DNA of 64,000 nucleotides from Candidatus Hydrothermarchaeota archaeon (GTDB lineage: Archaea > CAYFZR01): assembly GCA_046760505.1 (NCBI GenBank), contig JBHIEG010000011.1, positions 1 to 64,000 on the forward strand, given 5' to 3'. The position numbers and the translations under genes are program-made. The notes beneath the pieces are model-generated. The model saw nothing but the letters and a program-made list of their open reading frames with translations. It made no database searches and was not told the DNA's origin. Positions 19,762 through 30,146 of this stretch are shown here, one piece after another; position 1 is the stretch's first letter; each line of letters begins with the position of its first letter.

Positions 19762-19832
19762 AGTATAAACCCTCCTCAAGATAATTTTTTACTCCAAATC
19801 CTTTATATAACAAAAAGTTTGAACTCCAATTT

Positions 19833-20654
19833 ATGCGTTTAAAAAACCTTAGGTTTTTCTCGCAGTTTGTATTTTTCATATTATCTCACCTAGGTTATTT
19901 TTTTGGGATGACGATCATAATCTATCCGTACCTTAATTGTTACGCAAGTGAATTGCTCTGGGGAGCAGACGCGATATGTCCTATCGGTATATTTCAAAAC
20001 TCGGTTATAAACAATCTAATTCCATTTTATTTAATTGGTTTCACGATAGTTGTTGGAGTATTTTTCGGAAGAACATTCTGCGGTTGGGCATGCCCGATTG
20101 GATTTGTTCAAGATATTATCACAAAAATTAAGGAAAAAGGTCTTTCAAATGTAAATCCCGGAAAAAAAATTTCCATGCGAGAAGAATTACACAGAAAAAT
20201 GATTCATGTTAAATTTTTACTACTGTTTTTAACGATTATTGTTGCCTACATATTCAGGGATACCATATTCTGTAAAATCTGTCCTGCTGCAACTTTTGAG
20301 GCTGCAATACCTCACAAAATAACATACGGAACCGAATGGACGATGATAATAGTTACAAGAACGGTTGTTCTGATTTCATTGATTGGAGCGGTAATATTGA
20401 TATCTAGATTTTGGTGCAGGTATCTCTGCCCATTCGGAGCAATGATAGCCCCGTTCAATAGGCTAGCTTATCTGCAAATCTATTTTGATTCCGAGAAATG
20501 CAATGAATGCGGGGTATGTCTCGAGGATTGTCCAATGAACATAAAGTTTCTTGAAGACAAACCAAAATATTTATATGACTTTGAGTGCATCAGATGCGGC
20601 ATCTGTGTGGATGCCTGTAGGAAAGGAGCAATTAAGTTTGTCACCAAGACATAA
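19833..20654 (+). CDS. Membrane 4Fe-4S binding protein (NapH/MauN-like)
   Basis: GRTFCGWACPIG, FCKICPAA, RFWCRYLCPFG; two C-terminal CxxCxxCxxxC motifs. Confidence 0.9.
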   Translation: MRLKNLRFFSQFVFFILSHLGYFFGMTIIIYPYLNCYASELLWGADAICPIGIFQNSVINNLIPFYLIGFTIVVGVFFGRTFCGWACPIGFVQDIITKIKEKGLSNVNPGKKISMREELHRKMIHVKFLLLFLTIIVAYIFRDTIFCKICPAATFEAAIPHKITYGTEWTMIIVTRTVVLISLIGAVILISRFWCRYLCPFGAMIAPFNRLAYLQIYFDSEKCNECGVCLEDCPMNIKFLEDKPKYLYDFECIRCGICVDACRKGAIKFVTKT

Positions 20655-20727
20655 TTATACCAGAAATAAACATTTTTGTATACGGAAATCTTAATAAGTC
20701 GAGAGTGGTTCATTAATCTGGGGATAT

Positions 20728-21513
20728 ATGATGACTGCGATGGAAGAAGAAATAATGATGAACCTCCCAAAAGGAATTCCATATAAAGTGGATCTGAGTA
20801 CAAAGGATCAGAGGTTGACTGAGATTTTCGGGGAACTTAGCAGGTTAAAGCACAACGGCTGCATGAGAATATACGCTGATAAGGAAAAAAAGTCATTGTT
20901 AAGCGAATTATTATTTGAAGACGGTAATATAGTGGCTGCAGTATTGAAAAAGCCGAAAAGCGAGACATATATTACAAGAGACCAAGCATTGGAGTTACTG
21001 GAGGAGATCTATCCTGATATTGACGGTGTAATGGATATATATTTACTTAGGTCCTCTCAAGTAAAAGAAGGTCTCAGGCTAAACGCGAAGTACGCTGTGA
21101 TAGAGTATGCACCGGAGATCCCTAAGGTGGAGCCTGTAGCGATAGAAGAAAAATATCTCCCCCTGCGAAAGATCATTAAGTTTTTCACGTACTTCTTTAC
21201 AACCTTGGGTATAGTCATGCTAATATTCTCAACATTTGGTTTCCCCACGGTGGACATAGGAATAACGCTTATCATAACGGGATTTCTGTATACCTTAGCA
21301 TTGGGCTGGATAAAGGAACTGGTCCTTGTAGATAAGTTCATAAGCTTTATTGTCATACTGCTAGCTTTTTTAGGTGCCTTCTACGTGATGACTCCGTTGC
21401 TCGCATTCTTAAACGTTACAGTAAAATATGGTTTCCAAAATGGAGTCATATTCCTGAGTTGTTCTTTCCTGTTTATGGTCTCATATAAAGTTTTAGAAAG
21501 GGCAAAGACATGA
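20728..21513 (+). CDS. DUF2226-like domain fused to four TM helices
   Basis: LPKGIPY..NGCMRI..LLFEDGNIVAA..MDIYLL followed by a hydrophobic C-terminus. Confidence 0.6.
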   Translation: MMTAMEEEIMMNLPKGIPYKVDLSTKDQRLTEIFGELSRLKHNGCMRIYADKEKKSLLSELLFEDGNIVAAVLKKPKSETYITRDQALELLEEIYPDIDGVMDIYLLRSSQVKEGLRLNAKYAVIEYAPEIPKVEPVAIEEKYLPLRKIIKFFTYFFTTLGIVMLIFSTFGFPTVDIGITLIITGFLYTLALGWIKELVLVDKFISFIVILLAFLGAFYVMTPLLAFLNVTVKYGFQNGVIFLSCSFLFMVSYKVLERAKT

Positions 21514-22781
21514 AACTATCAAGCATTTACGACGAAATAGTTGAAAATTCTAAAGAAGGTATCCCGGTAGAAGGGGAACTTATTCAACCCCACGAAATAA
21601 CCGATTTAATAAAAAAAACAGGTCTCGATTGTGTCTTGACTATTAAATCAGAGAAGAGTTTTGGCCTTATCTTTTTCAAAAACGGTACACCACAATTTTC
21701 TGTTTATGAGGAAAAGGAAAACATAGTGATAAGTTCGGACGCAATATACAACATCTTTGAAGAAATAAAAAAGAGTGATATAGAGAAAAAAATCTGGATA
21801 GTAGAGAATTTCCACACTCTAGAACCTTATATCAGCAGGATAAAATCCCTTAAACTAGAGGGGATCCTACATATACCTGCTGGGAGGCCCTATCAGGTCG
21901 GACTGAAACTACCAGAAACGAAGATTACGGAGATACTCGATACCCTCTGGCACTGGAGTTTTACAGGTTACATCCAGATATCTTCCAAGACCCATTACGG
22001 CACTGAGGTAGGGAAGATCATCCTCCATAAGGGAGACATCGCACTTGCTTCTTTTGAGTCACCTGTTCTATTCACACCACTGAAAGGAGAATACGCATTA
22101 CCCCTAATATTTTCAAGAGCGGAGGAAAAAAAAGGTATAATGGATATTTTTTCCCTATCACCAACCCAAGTAAGAGATCTGTTAATAAAAAATAAGGATT
22201 TCATGATAGAAGTCGTAGAATGGAAGCCAGAAGAAGAGATACCAATTAATTTAGATGAGGAATTCGATGTTTCTGATGAATTTTTAGAGGACATGAAGGC
22301 ATGGAGAGAGAAAATGTTTGAAAGGGGTTATCTTATTCCAAAAGACATTGAAAAAGCAATGCAAGAATTGAAGGCTCATCTCCACTCGGTAGGGTATGCG
22401 TACAATGGATCTGGAGAAGAGGCCATAGATAGATTGATAAAAAGCGATATCCTCCCTCAAATCAGAAAGGAAGAAATGGATAAGATAATGAAAAATGTTG
22501 GATTTGATACCATAAAGATAAGCAGCGACTGGCTCTCCAGCCTGTCTCATTTCATTGTGAAAAAAGAGAAAGATCGCAACATATTCTTTGCAGTGATAGA
22601 TAAATTGATTGGAACCGATACTTCAGTTGTTGCTCCGATTGAATCAAGAACAGGCGAGGAAATCAATACCTTTGAGAGAATAGGCTACCTCAAAAAGTTA
22701 ATTGAAGGCGACTTGTCTGTTTATGAGTTAACAAGAAGCGGAAAAAATGCACTACGAAAGGTATCCTCTTTACCCAAATGA
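21510..22781 (+). CDS. Protein with two DUF2226-like domains and a possible C-terminal winged helix
   Basis: IPAGRPY..FTGYIQI..IILHKGDIALA..MDIFSL; C-terminus GYLKK..VYELTRSGK. Confidence 0.55.
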   Translation: MKLSSIYDEIVENSKEGIPVEGELIQPHEITDLIKKTGLDCVLTIKSEKSFGLIFFKNGTPQFSVYEEKENIVISSDAIYNIFEEIKKSDIEKKIWIVENFHTLEPYISRIKSLKLEGILHIPAGRPYQVGLKLPETKITEILDTLWHWSFTGYIQISSKTHYGTEVGKIILHKGDIALASFESPVLFTPLKGEYALPLIFSRAEEKKGIMDIFSLSPTQVRDLLIKNKDFMIEVVEWKPEEEIPINLDEEFDVSDEFLEDMKAWREKMFERGYLIPKDIEKAMQELKAHLHSVGYAYNGSGEEAIDRLIKSDILPQIRKEEMDKIMKNVGFDTIKISSDWLSSLSHFIVKKEKDRNIFFAVIDKLIGTDTSVVAPIESRTGEEINTFERIGYLKKLIEGDLSVYELTRSGKNALRKVSSLPK

Positions 22782-22853
22782 TCAAAAATGAACATGAGTA
22801 GTGAAAAAATTTATTTACCTTTATGATTTTTTAGTGTAAGCGTTGGGTTTCGT

Positions 22854-24266
22854 ATGAAATATGCAGTATTGGGATGCGGGACGGTAGGCTATATAGTGGC
22901 GAGTTCGCTTCAGGAGAGAGGTGGAGAGGTTTTCGTTATAGATCACGACGAAACAAGGGTAGAGGCTCTGAAGGAGAGAGGCCTTAATGTCTATCACTGC
23001 GATATGTGCGATCCAGAGTTGTTAAAGAGGGAAGAAATACAGAACGCAGAGGTAATACTGATACTCACTGGGGATGAAAACTTAAACCATAAGGTCTTAA
23101 AGGCCATTAGAAAGAAAAACCCTGAAGCTTATACGATTGTTAGAGCTACAGAAGTTGCATCAAGGGAAGAATTCCTTAAAAGTGGCGCAGATACCGTAAT
23201 ATATCCAAAAGACGTGATTGCCCAGGCAATAATCGATAAATTGAAGGAGGCAGGTTTAGGTAGGAAGTTAAAAAAATTAGGAAAAATAATCTCGGGTGCC
23301 AATGAAAAGGGCGTGCTAATTGTTCTGCAAGACAATCCTGATCCAGATGGAATATCAAGCGCATATGGACTTAGAAGAATCGTTGAGTACTACGATAAGA
23401 GGGCTGATATTGCCTACGGAGGGGAAATTGGACACCAAGAGAATAAAGCCCTAGTTAACCTGCTGGGCGTAGACATGATACATATGCCAGAGATAGATTT
23501 GAAGGAATACCAAGTTATTGCAATGGTTGATTGTTCGATACCTGGATCCAACAATTCTCTCCCAAAGAAAACAAAGGTGGACATAGTGATAGATCATCAT
23601 CCGGTGGAACCGAGCAATGTAGAGGCCAGTTACATAGACCTCAGACCTTCAATTGGGGCTACTGCAAGTATAATCACTGAATACTTACGTTACAAGAAGA
23701 TTTCTATAGATTCTGAGCTTGCGACAGCACTGTTACATGGAATAAAGACGGATACACAAGGATTCAAAAGAGGTACCGACCCCCTTGACTTGGAGGCATT
23801 CATGTTTCTCTATCCTCTAGCCGATCAAGAGCAACTTAGAAGAATAGAGACGCCAGATTTGTCTGGTGAGACTCTAGAAGTACTTGGAGAAGCAATAAAG
23901 AATAAAAAAGTTAAGGGAAGCATCCTGATATCTAATGTGGGGATCATAAGAAACAGAGATGCTCTACCTCAGGCAGCGGATTTCTTGCTCAACCTAGAGG
24001 GAATATCTACCGTTCTCGTATTTGGAATCGTTGAGGGAGAAGCCCACATATCTGGGAGGAGCAGGGATGTTAGAGTGCATATGGGCCAGACACTCAACGC
24101 TGCATTTGGAAGCAGCGGATCAGCTGGGGGACATGCCACTGCAGGGGCAGCAAAAATACCGCTGGGTTTGTTTGGCAACGTCAAGGACAAGACAACCCTG
24201 TTAAAACTTGTGGATGAGGCCATTACGAAAAGATTCTACGAGGTTGTGGGGGTAAAGGAGGAGTAA
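22854..24266 (+). CDS. TrkA-N/DHH-family phosphoesterase
   Basis: GCGTVG Rossmann motif; NPDPDG, IDHH, GIKTDT, SAGGH. Confidence 0.92.
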   Translation: MKYAVLGCGTVGYIVASSLQERGGEVFVIDHDETRVEALKERGLNVYHCDMCDPELLKREEIQNAEVILILTGDENLNHKVLKAIRKKNPEAYTIVRATEVASREEFLKSGADTVIYPKDVIAQAIIDKLKEAGLGRKLKKLGKIISGANEKGVLIVLQDNPDPDGISSAYGLRRIVEYYDKRADIAYGGEIGHQENKALVNLLGVDMIHMPEIDLKEYQVIAMVDCSIPGSNNSLPKKTKVDIVIDHHPVEPSNVEASYIDLRPSIGATASIITEYLRYKKISIDSELATALLHGIKTDTQGFKRGTDPLDLEAFMFLYPLADQEQLRRIETPDLSGETLEVLGEAIKNKKVKGSILISNVGIIRNRDALPQAADFLLNLEGISTVLVFGIVEGEAHISGRSRDVRVHMGQTLNAAFGSSGSAGGHATAGAAKIPLGLFGNVKDKTTLLKLVDEAITKRFYEVVGVKEE

Positions 24267-24268
24267 TT

Positions 24269-24376
24269 TTATTCTTCTTCATCTATATTTTCCTTCAATG
24301 CCTTCTTAGTGAGGGTTAGTTCCCATTTCTCTGATTTTTCTGCCCCTTTTCTCTCTTTTTTTCTCTTTTCATACAC
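24269..24376 (-). CDS. Possible 35-aa charged small protein
   Basis: GTG overlaps the PRC gene stop (TAGTG), with a purine-rich RBS; (M)YEKRKKERKGAEKSEKWELTLTKKALKENIDEEE. Confidence 0.3.
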   Translation of the reverse strand: MYEKRKKERKGAEKSEKWELTLTKKALKENIDEEE

Positions 24377-24639
24377 TAAAATTCCCCTCTCTCCGAAGAG
24401 ATTCTCTCCAGTCGGGGGTGTCTTTTTACTATAACGATATCCCCTACAGCAAGAACTACATCGTAGGGTATTTTAACACCTTTCTCTTCTTCCTCGGTCA
24501 AAACTTGAACGGCAAGGCTATGTACTTTGCCTTTTTTTTCTCCCTCAACAATAACTTCTACTTCCTTTACCTTGCCTATGTACACGGCGGAATCAGTAAA
24601 TACATCAAGTCCATACAGCATTGAGACCCTAAAATCCAT
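24376..24639 (-). CDS. PRC-barrel domain protein
   Basis: SMLYGLDVFTDSAVYIGKVKEV...IPYDVVLAVGDIVIV; start reassigned to the ATG at 24639. Confidence 0.88.
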   Translation of the reverse strand: MDFRVSMLYGLDVFTDSAVYIGKVKEVEVIVEGEKKGKVHSLAVQVLTEEEEKGVKIPYDVVLAVGDIVIVKRHPRLERISSERGEF

Positions 24640-24738
24640 TTTTATCCCTGACAGATTCCTTCTACCTCCTATGCTTAAATACATTTCGATAGAACATATA
24701 TTTATTAAAGATAAGATACTCCAAGCCGAGGTCAGTTC

Positions 24739-25380
24739 ATGAAACCATACGTTCATCTTAACGCAGCAATGAGCATCAATGGAAAGATTGCGCTAACAGA
24801 TAAAAGTATTGAAATATCACAAAAGGAAGATAAAATAAGAGTGCATGAGTTAAGAGCAAAGTATGATTCGATAATGGTTGGAATAAATACTATCCTAAAG
24901 GATAATCCTCACCTAACGGTCAAATACGCAAAAGGTAAGAATCCAATCAGAATCGTAATAGATAGCAGAGGAAGAACGCCTCTTAATGCTAGAGTTTTGA
25001 ATAATCAGGCGAAGACTATAATAGTTGTGGGAAATAGAGCTCCAAAAGAAAGAATTGATTTACTGAAAAAACATGCTGAAATCATCTTTTGTGGGGAAAA
25101 CGAAGTAGATCTGCATGAATTAATGAAAATACTCTGGAATAGAGGCATAAAAAGTATTCTCCTAGAGGGTGGAGGTACATTAAACTGGAGTATGTTAAAA
25201 GGAAGATTGGTAGACTACATCTCCGTTTACATAGGTAGCACAGTATTTGGTGGTAAAAATGCCCCCACCCTCGTAAATGGAGAAGGATTTAAGGACATTC
25301 AGGAGTGCATTAAACTAAGATTGGTGAAGAATTATTTTTTAAACAATGGAATTGTACTGGAATACGAAGTAATAAAATAG
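24739..25380 (+). CDS. 2,5-diamino-6-ribosylamino-4(3H)-pyrimidinone 5'-phosphate reductase (Rib7/RibD-C)
   Basis: AAMSINGKIA, VHELRA..IMVGINTILKDNPHLTV, LLEGGGTLNWS. Confidence 0.92.
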   Translation: MKPYVHLNAAMSINGKIALTDKSIEISQKEDKIRVHELRAKYDSIMVGINTILKDNPHLTVKYAKGKNPIRIVIDSRGRTPLNARVLNNQAKTIIVVGNRAPKERIDLLKKHAEIIFCGENEVDLHELMKILWNRGIKSILLEGGGTLNWSMLKGRLVDYISVYIGSTVFGGKNAPTLVNGEGFKDIQECIKLRLVKNYFLNNGIVLEYEVIK

Positions 25381-25435
25381 AAACAGAAATATAACAATAT
25401 AGGTAAATTAAAGATCATTTGTTAAGTGGATTAAA

Positions 25436-26560
25436 ATGATAGAGTTTGTAGGCACAGCTCATGTTTCAGGGAAGAGTGTTAGGGAAGTTAGGGAAAAAAT
25501 ATTAACTCTAAAACCTGAAATAATCGCTGTAGAGTTATGTCTGAATAGATACAACGCTCTGGTTCATAAAAAAAGAGCAATAGAAATTAGAAACCTCTTG
25601 AAGGGGGAGAACCTCTATCTTTTCTTAACGAATCTTTTCTTGGCCCTTATTCAAAAGAAAATAGGGAAGGAAGTAGGGATAGAACCCGGAAAAGATATGA
25701 TTTCAGCCATAGAAACAGCCAAAGAAGTAAATGCAGAGGTAATCCTTATTGATAGGGATATTAGAATCACATTAAGAAGATTATTGAGCAAGCTATCATT
25801 TTTCGAGAAAATTAAGATTCTTAAAGAACTGCTGTTCGGATACTGTATAAGCCTGAGTGAGGAAGAAATAGACAACATGTTAAATGAAGATGTTGTAGCG
25901 ATGATCCTTGAGGAACTCAAGGAAATATCTCCAACCGCGCACGAAGTCCTTGTGGATGAAAGAGATGCATACATGGCACTTCAACTCAAGAAATTTGGAG
26001 AAAAAAAAGTTCTCGCCGTAGTTGGAGCAGGACACATTCCCGGCATAAAACATTACCTGGAAAATCCCCCAGCATTAAGGGTTGAAGATCTCGAATTCAT
26101 ACCTAAGAAAAGATTCTCAGCAAAAAAATTCCTTGCAATTCTTGTTCCCGGTGTATTCATTTTTTTGTTTGGATACTCCTTATACAAAGGGATAAACATA
26201 ATACCAGAAGTTAACAAATGGATATTCATACACATGATACTGGCTTCACTAGGCGTTGTAGTTGCAAGAGGTTCAATTTTATCAGCAGTTGTAGCGGGTC
26301 TGGCGTCTCCATTCACTTCATTAAACCCAATGCTAGCAGCAGGATGGTTTGCTGGAATAACAGAGGCATGGATAAGGAAAATAAGTCTTAATGACTTCGA
26401 AAATATGGTTAAAAGTGAAAGTCTCAGTGACCTACTCGAAAACGACTTCTTTAGGGTTTTATTGGTGGCTGCACTAGCTAATCTAGGGAGTCTAGCCGGA
26501 ACAGTTATATCATTCCCAGTGGTACTGAAACCATTAATAGAAAAATTGGTTACCACGTAA
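25436..26560 (+). CDS. TraB/GumN family membrane protein
   Basis: VGTAHVS, AVELC..R, DRDIRITL, DERDAYMA, AVVGAGH; C-terminal TMs. Confidence 0.9.
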   Translation: MIEFVGTAHVSGKSVREVREKILTLKPEIIAVELCLNRYNALVHKKRAIEIRNLLKGENLYLFLTNLFLALIQKKIGKEVGIEPGKDMISAIETAKEVNAEVILIDRDIRITLRRLLSKLSFFEKIKILKELLFGYCISLSEEEIDNMLNEDVVAMILEELKEISPTAHEVLVDERDAYMALQLKKFGEKKVLAVVGAGHIPGIKHYLENPPALRVEDLEFIPKKRFSAKKFLAILVPGVFIFLFGYSLYKGINIIPEVNKWIFIHMILASLGVVVARGSILSAVVAGLASPFTSLNPMLAAGWFAGITEAWIRKISLNDFENMVKSESLSDLLENDFFRVLLVAALANLGSLAGTVISFPVVLKPLIEKLVTT

Positions 26561-26599
26561 TAACATAGGGGATAACATAAAAGGGGATAACATAAAAGG
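26560..26599. repeat. Short tandem repeat (15 bp x ~2.5)
   Basis: ATAACATA-GGGGATAACATAAAA-GGGGATAACATAAAA-GG. Confidence 0.85.
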
Positions 26600-26606
26600 T
26601 GTCAGA

Positions 26607-27209
26607 ATGCGATCTTCGTGGACAGAAATCAAACACATAACTATATCCATAGTGGTTTTGGCATTTGCATTTACACTTATATTCGTTCAAAGATGGTCGA
26701 TCAGCAATATAATTCAGAAGTTCCCTTTAATGCTATTCTTGGTAGTTCTTTCTTTTTTATTCCACGAATTGGCGCATAAATTTACTGCTCAAAGATTTGG
26801 TTGTTGGGCTGAGTTCAGGAAATGGGATCTGGGTTTGTTGCTTGCTTTAGTGCTCGTCATAGTTACTGGAGGCAATTTACTTTTCGCGGCTCCGGGGGCG
26901 GTCGTCATATATAGCGAATGGCTCTCCATTAGAGAAAACGGGTTGATATCACTCTCAGGACCACTGACAAACATAATTCTCATGGTATTATTCATCATTG
27001 TTGGACTTGCCTTTCCCATTCTAAAGTACACGCACGGAGAGCTCATTTTTTATGGAGCCTACATCAATGGAATCTTGGCGTGGTTTAACCTGTTTCCGGT
27101 ATGGCAATTGGATGGTACAGATATTTTTTACTGGAACAAAATGATTTGGATATTCCTGTTTGGATTTTCTTTCCTATTCGTTTTTATTTTTATTCCTCTT
27201 CTTTTTTAA
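26607..27209 (+). CDS. Site-2 protease (peptidase M50 family)
   Basis: HELAH, SGPLTN, NLFPVWQLDG. Confidence 0.9.
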   Translation: MRSSWTEIKHITISIVVLAFAFTLIFVQRWSISNIIQKFPLMLFLVVLSFLFHELAHKFTAQRFGCWAEFRKWDLGLLLALVLVIVTGGNLLFAAPGAVVIYSEWLSIRENGLISLSGPLTNIILMVLFIIVGLAFPILKYTHGELIFYGAYINGILAWFNLFPVWQLDGTDIFYWNKMIWIFLFGFSFLFVFIFIPLLF

Positions 27210-27229
27210 TATTAAAATCATACAAAAAA

Positions 27230-28012
27230 TTATGCTAAATCTATCCTTTCTATATTATCTAGGTTTGCTGTGCCTAGTCCTCTCTGATCTGCTGTTTTCA
27301 GATATTTTATACTTAAAGGATCCTTCCCAAGGATATCTGCTCCTATTGCGTCGGCGGCTACCGGATCTTTAGAAAAAATCATCAAGCCAAATTTTTTTAC
27401 TCTTCCTCCCAGTTCACCATCTATATTTCCCATTCTTCCATCTACTATCGCTAGATTGGGGAGTTTGTATGTGTTTATATCAACTATACTCTCATTTATT
27501 CCAAATCTATGGAATCTGCCTTTATCAGATCCTATACTTGCGCCTAACATGTTTTTCATCGACAAAGTAACCCCGGTAAAAGAATGAATTTTTAAAACTG
27601 CAGCTGAAATAAGATAAGATCCTTCTAGTGTCAAAGGGAATTCGAATTTCTTTAAAACAATTGCATTGGGATTTTTCTTGACTAAAAATTCGTCTCTGTT
27701 AAGGTCTACTAGTTTTAAATCATATTTTTCCCTCAGGGTGAGATATCCCAGACCTTCGTATGCTCTAAAGGTATTACACCACCCTGATCCTTCAGCAATA
27801 ATTATTTCCTTTCCAAATTTTTTGAAGTACTTTACAATGGCTTCAACAGTTTCTGCTGAAGTTGTGACTGGATAGGGTCTGTTATCTATTAAATTAGGCT
27901 TTATAACGATTTTATCCTCATCTGGTTCTACTTCCAGATAATCTAAGCCTCTTTTAACCATTTTTTCAGGGTCTTCTCCCCTAACAACCACGACTTTAGA
28001 CATTTTATCCAT
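27230..28012 (-). CDS. DUF362 domain protein
   Basis: IVIKPNL, AEGSG, LKIH..VTLSMKN, DPVAAD. Confidence 0.88.
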   Translation of the reverse strand: MDKMSKVVVVRGEDPEKMVKRGLDYLEVEPDEDKIVIKPNLIDNRPYPVTTSAETVEAIVKYFKKFGKEIIIAEGSGWCNTFRAYEGLGYLTLREKYDLKLVDLNRDEFLVKKNPNAIVLKKFEFPLTLEGSYLISAAVLKIHSFTGVTLSMKNMLGASIGSDKGRFHRFGINESIVDINTYKLPNLAIVDGRMGNIDGELGGRVKKFGLMIFSKDPVAADAIGADILGKDPLSIKYLKTADQRGLGTANLDNIERIDLA

Positions 28013-28126
28013 TATTTTTTAACCTTTAACGAGTTTAATTTAAACTCAATGCTACTGAAACTTTTCCGGTAAGAGGGGAAGAAAGAATTTTTAAGCAAAA
28101 TTAGTTTTTTCTTGCTGTCCTCTGAA

Positions 28127-29071
28127 TTAATCTCTATTCTTGGTAACTTCCACAAAAACATCTTCAAGGCCAGGTTTGTTTATCCAAATATCAAGTATTC
28201 TGCATGAATTTCTATTTATCAATGAGGTCAAATCCGTGAGATAGGATTCGTCTCTAATGGAGAGATGTAATATACCATCATTTATGCTCAAAGAACTGGC
28301 ATATCCAGATTCTCTAATTTCTTTCAAGAGATTATCTGGATATCGATCGAGTTTTAATCCTAAATCCACTTTAATCTTTATTTTTTCTATCAGTTTATTT
28401 GGTGATCCCACTGCTACCAGCTTTCCATTGTTGAATATTCCTATGCGATCGCATAATTTCTCTGCCTCGTCCATGTAATGAGTGCAGAGAATTATTGTTT
28501 TACCTCTCTCCTTTTGCTTTTTTATCAGTTCTCTAATAGATATTGCGCTGGCAGGATCCAAACCCGTTGTTGGCTCATCGAGAATCAATATTGGGGGGTC
28601 ATGTACCATTGCCCTTGCTATTGAGAGTCTTTGCTTCATCCCCTTAGAAAGATCGCCTATTTTATCGTTCCTTCTGTCATAAAGTTCCATTATACTCAAG
28701 ATTTCTTTTATTCTAATGTCCAAATCCTCTTTTTTAACTCCGTATAGTTCTCCAAAGTACTTAAGAATCTGGTATGGAGTCAGTTTTTCGTAAAGACTTG
28801 GATTCTCTGGTAAATAGCCTATCACCTGCCTTACCTCGTTTGGTTGTTTTTCTATATCATAACCCATGACGCTTGCTGTACCTTTACTAGGTTTGAGGAT
28901 GCAACAAAGCATTCTTATCATCGTGGTTTTTCCTGCACCATTTGGACCTATGAAACCAAATATTTCATTCTCAGCGATTTTCACTGATGCGTTATCAACA
29001 GCAACGATGTTCCCAAATTTTTTTGTTAGCCCAAAAGTCTCTATCATGCTGGTATTTTTGTATTGCCACAT
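28127..29071 (-). CDS. ABC transporter ATP-binding protein (DrrA-like exporter type)
   Basis: GPNGAGKT, LSKGMKQR, LILDEPT, THYMDEAE. Confidence 0.93.
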   Translation of the reverse strand: MWQYKNTSMIETFGLTKKFGNIVAVDNASVKIAENEIFGFIGPNGAGKTTMIRMLCCILKPSKGTASVMGYDIEKQPNEVRQVIGYLPENPSLYEKLTPYQILKYFGELYGVKKEDLDIRIKEILSIMELYDRRNDKIGDLSKGMKQRLSIARAMVHDPPILILDEPTTGLDPASAISIRELIKKQKERGKTIILCTHYMDEAEKLCDRIGIFNNGKLVAVGSPNKLIEKIKIKVDLGLKLDRYPDNLLKEIRESGYASSLSINDGILHLSIRDESYLTDLTSLINRNSCRILDIWINKPGLEDVFVEVTKNRD

Positions 29072-29164
29072 AAATAAAATTTGTTAAAATTCAATTATAT
29101 CCTTTTCCAGTATTGAAGCCAAGCCTAAGAGTTATATTATAGAGTATATCCCAATGAATCTTGG

Positions 29165-30133
29165 GTGAAATTCATGGATAAATGTATGCTTGATGTACAG
29201 GGCACAAGGCCTCCAGTAGCAATCCATCTATCAAGGGTTGGGGTTACAAACGTGAAAAAACTCGTGGAGGTAAACAGAGGTGAGAAAAGACCAATTATAC
29301 TCATAGCAGAGTTTGATGCATACGTTGACCTCCCATACGACCAGAAAGGCGTCCACATGTCTAGGAATCCTGAGGTAATCAACGAAGTTTTGGAAGAAGC
29401 CACAAAAGATCAGATTTATGAAGTGGAATCCCTATGTGCAGAAATGGCCAAAAGACTGCTTGAAAGGCATTTATACGCAAACAAGGCGGAAATTAGAATG
29501 AACAGCGAATTAATGATTAGGAGGAAACCTCCAATAAGTAAATCGAGTACGCAGGAAATCGTAAAATTGCTTGCCCAAGCAGTTGCGTGCAGGGAAGGGA
29601 AAGATATTACCATAAGGAAAATGGTTGGAGCAGAAGTTACTGGAATGACTGCATGTCCTTGCGCTCAGGAAATAATAAGGGAAAATATTAAAGAGAGGCT
29701 TGTAAAAATTGGTTTGAAAAAAAATGAAATAGATAGCGTCCTTGAATCCATACCAATGCCAACCCACAACCAAAGGGGGGTCGGCACCATAATGATCGAG
29801 GTGCCTGAAGGATACGACATCAGAGTGGAGACCCTATTCGAAATCATTGAAAAATCCATGAGCTCCTCGGTTTATGAACTGCTCAAAAGAGAGGACGAGG
29901 CAAAGGTAGTTGAGATAGCCCATATGAATCCCATGTTTGTAGAAGACTGTGTGAGGATGATGATAGAGAGGATAGTTAATCGCTTCACTGACCTGCCAGA
30001 TGATACGCAGGTAACCGTAAGGCAAATTAACGAAGAAAGTATCCACAGGCACAACGCCTTGGCAGAAAGAATTGCATCTCTGGGAGAATTGAGAAACGAA
30101 ATAAACGACCAAAAGGCATTTAAAACTGATTGA
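29165..30133 (+). CDS. mptA: GTP cyclohydrolase MptA (FolE2 family)
   Basis: LSRVGV, KGVHMSR, GMTACPCAQ, THNQRG, LLKREDE, NPMFVED, NEESIHRHNA. Confidence 0.93.
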   Translation: MKFMDKCMLDVQGTRPPVAIHLSRVGVTNVKKLVEVNRGEKRPIILIAEFDAYVDLPYDQKGVHMSRNPEVINEVLEEATKDQIYEVESLCAEMAKRLLERHLYANKAEIRMNSELMIRRKPPISKSSTQEIVKLLAQAVACREGKDITIRKMVGAEVTGMTACPCAQEIIRENIKERLVKIGLKKNEIDSVLESIPMPTHNQRGVGTIMIEVPEGYDIRVETLFEIIEKSMSSSVYELLKREDEAKVVEIAHMNPMFVEDCVRMMIERIVNRFTDLPDDTQVTVRQINEESIHRHNALAERIASLGELRNEINDQKAFKTD

Positions 30134-30146
30134 TCAATAAACTTTT

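Noticed and set aside
28127-29071. Orphan ABC ATPase as a sign of gene loss
   Set aside because: Unlinked permease genes are common in archaea; this cannot be judged from one window.
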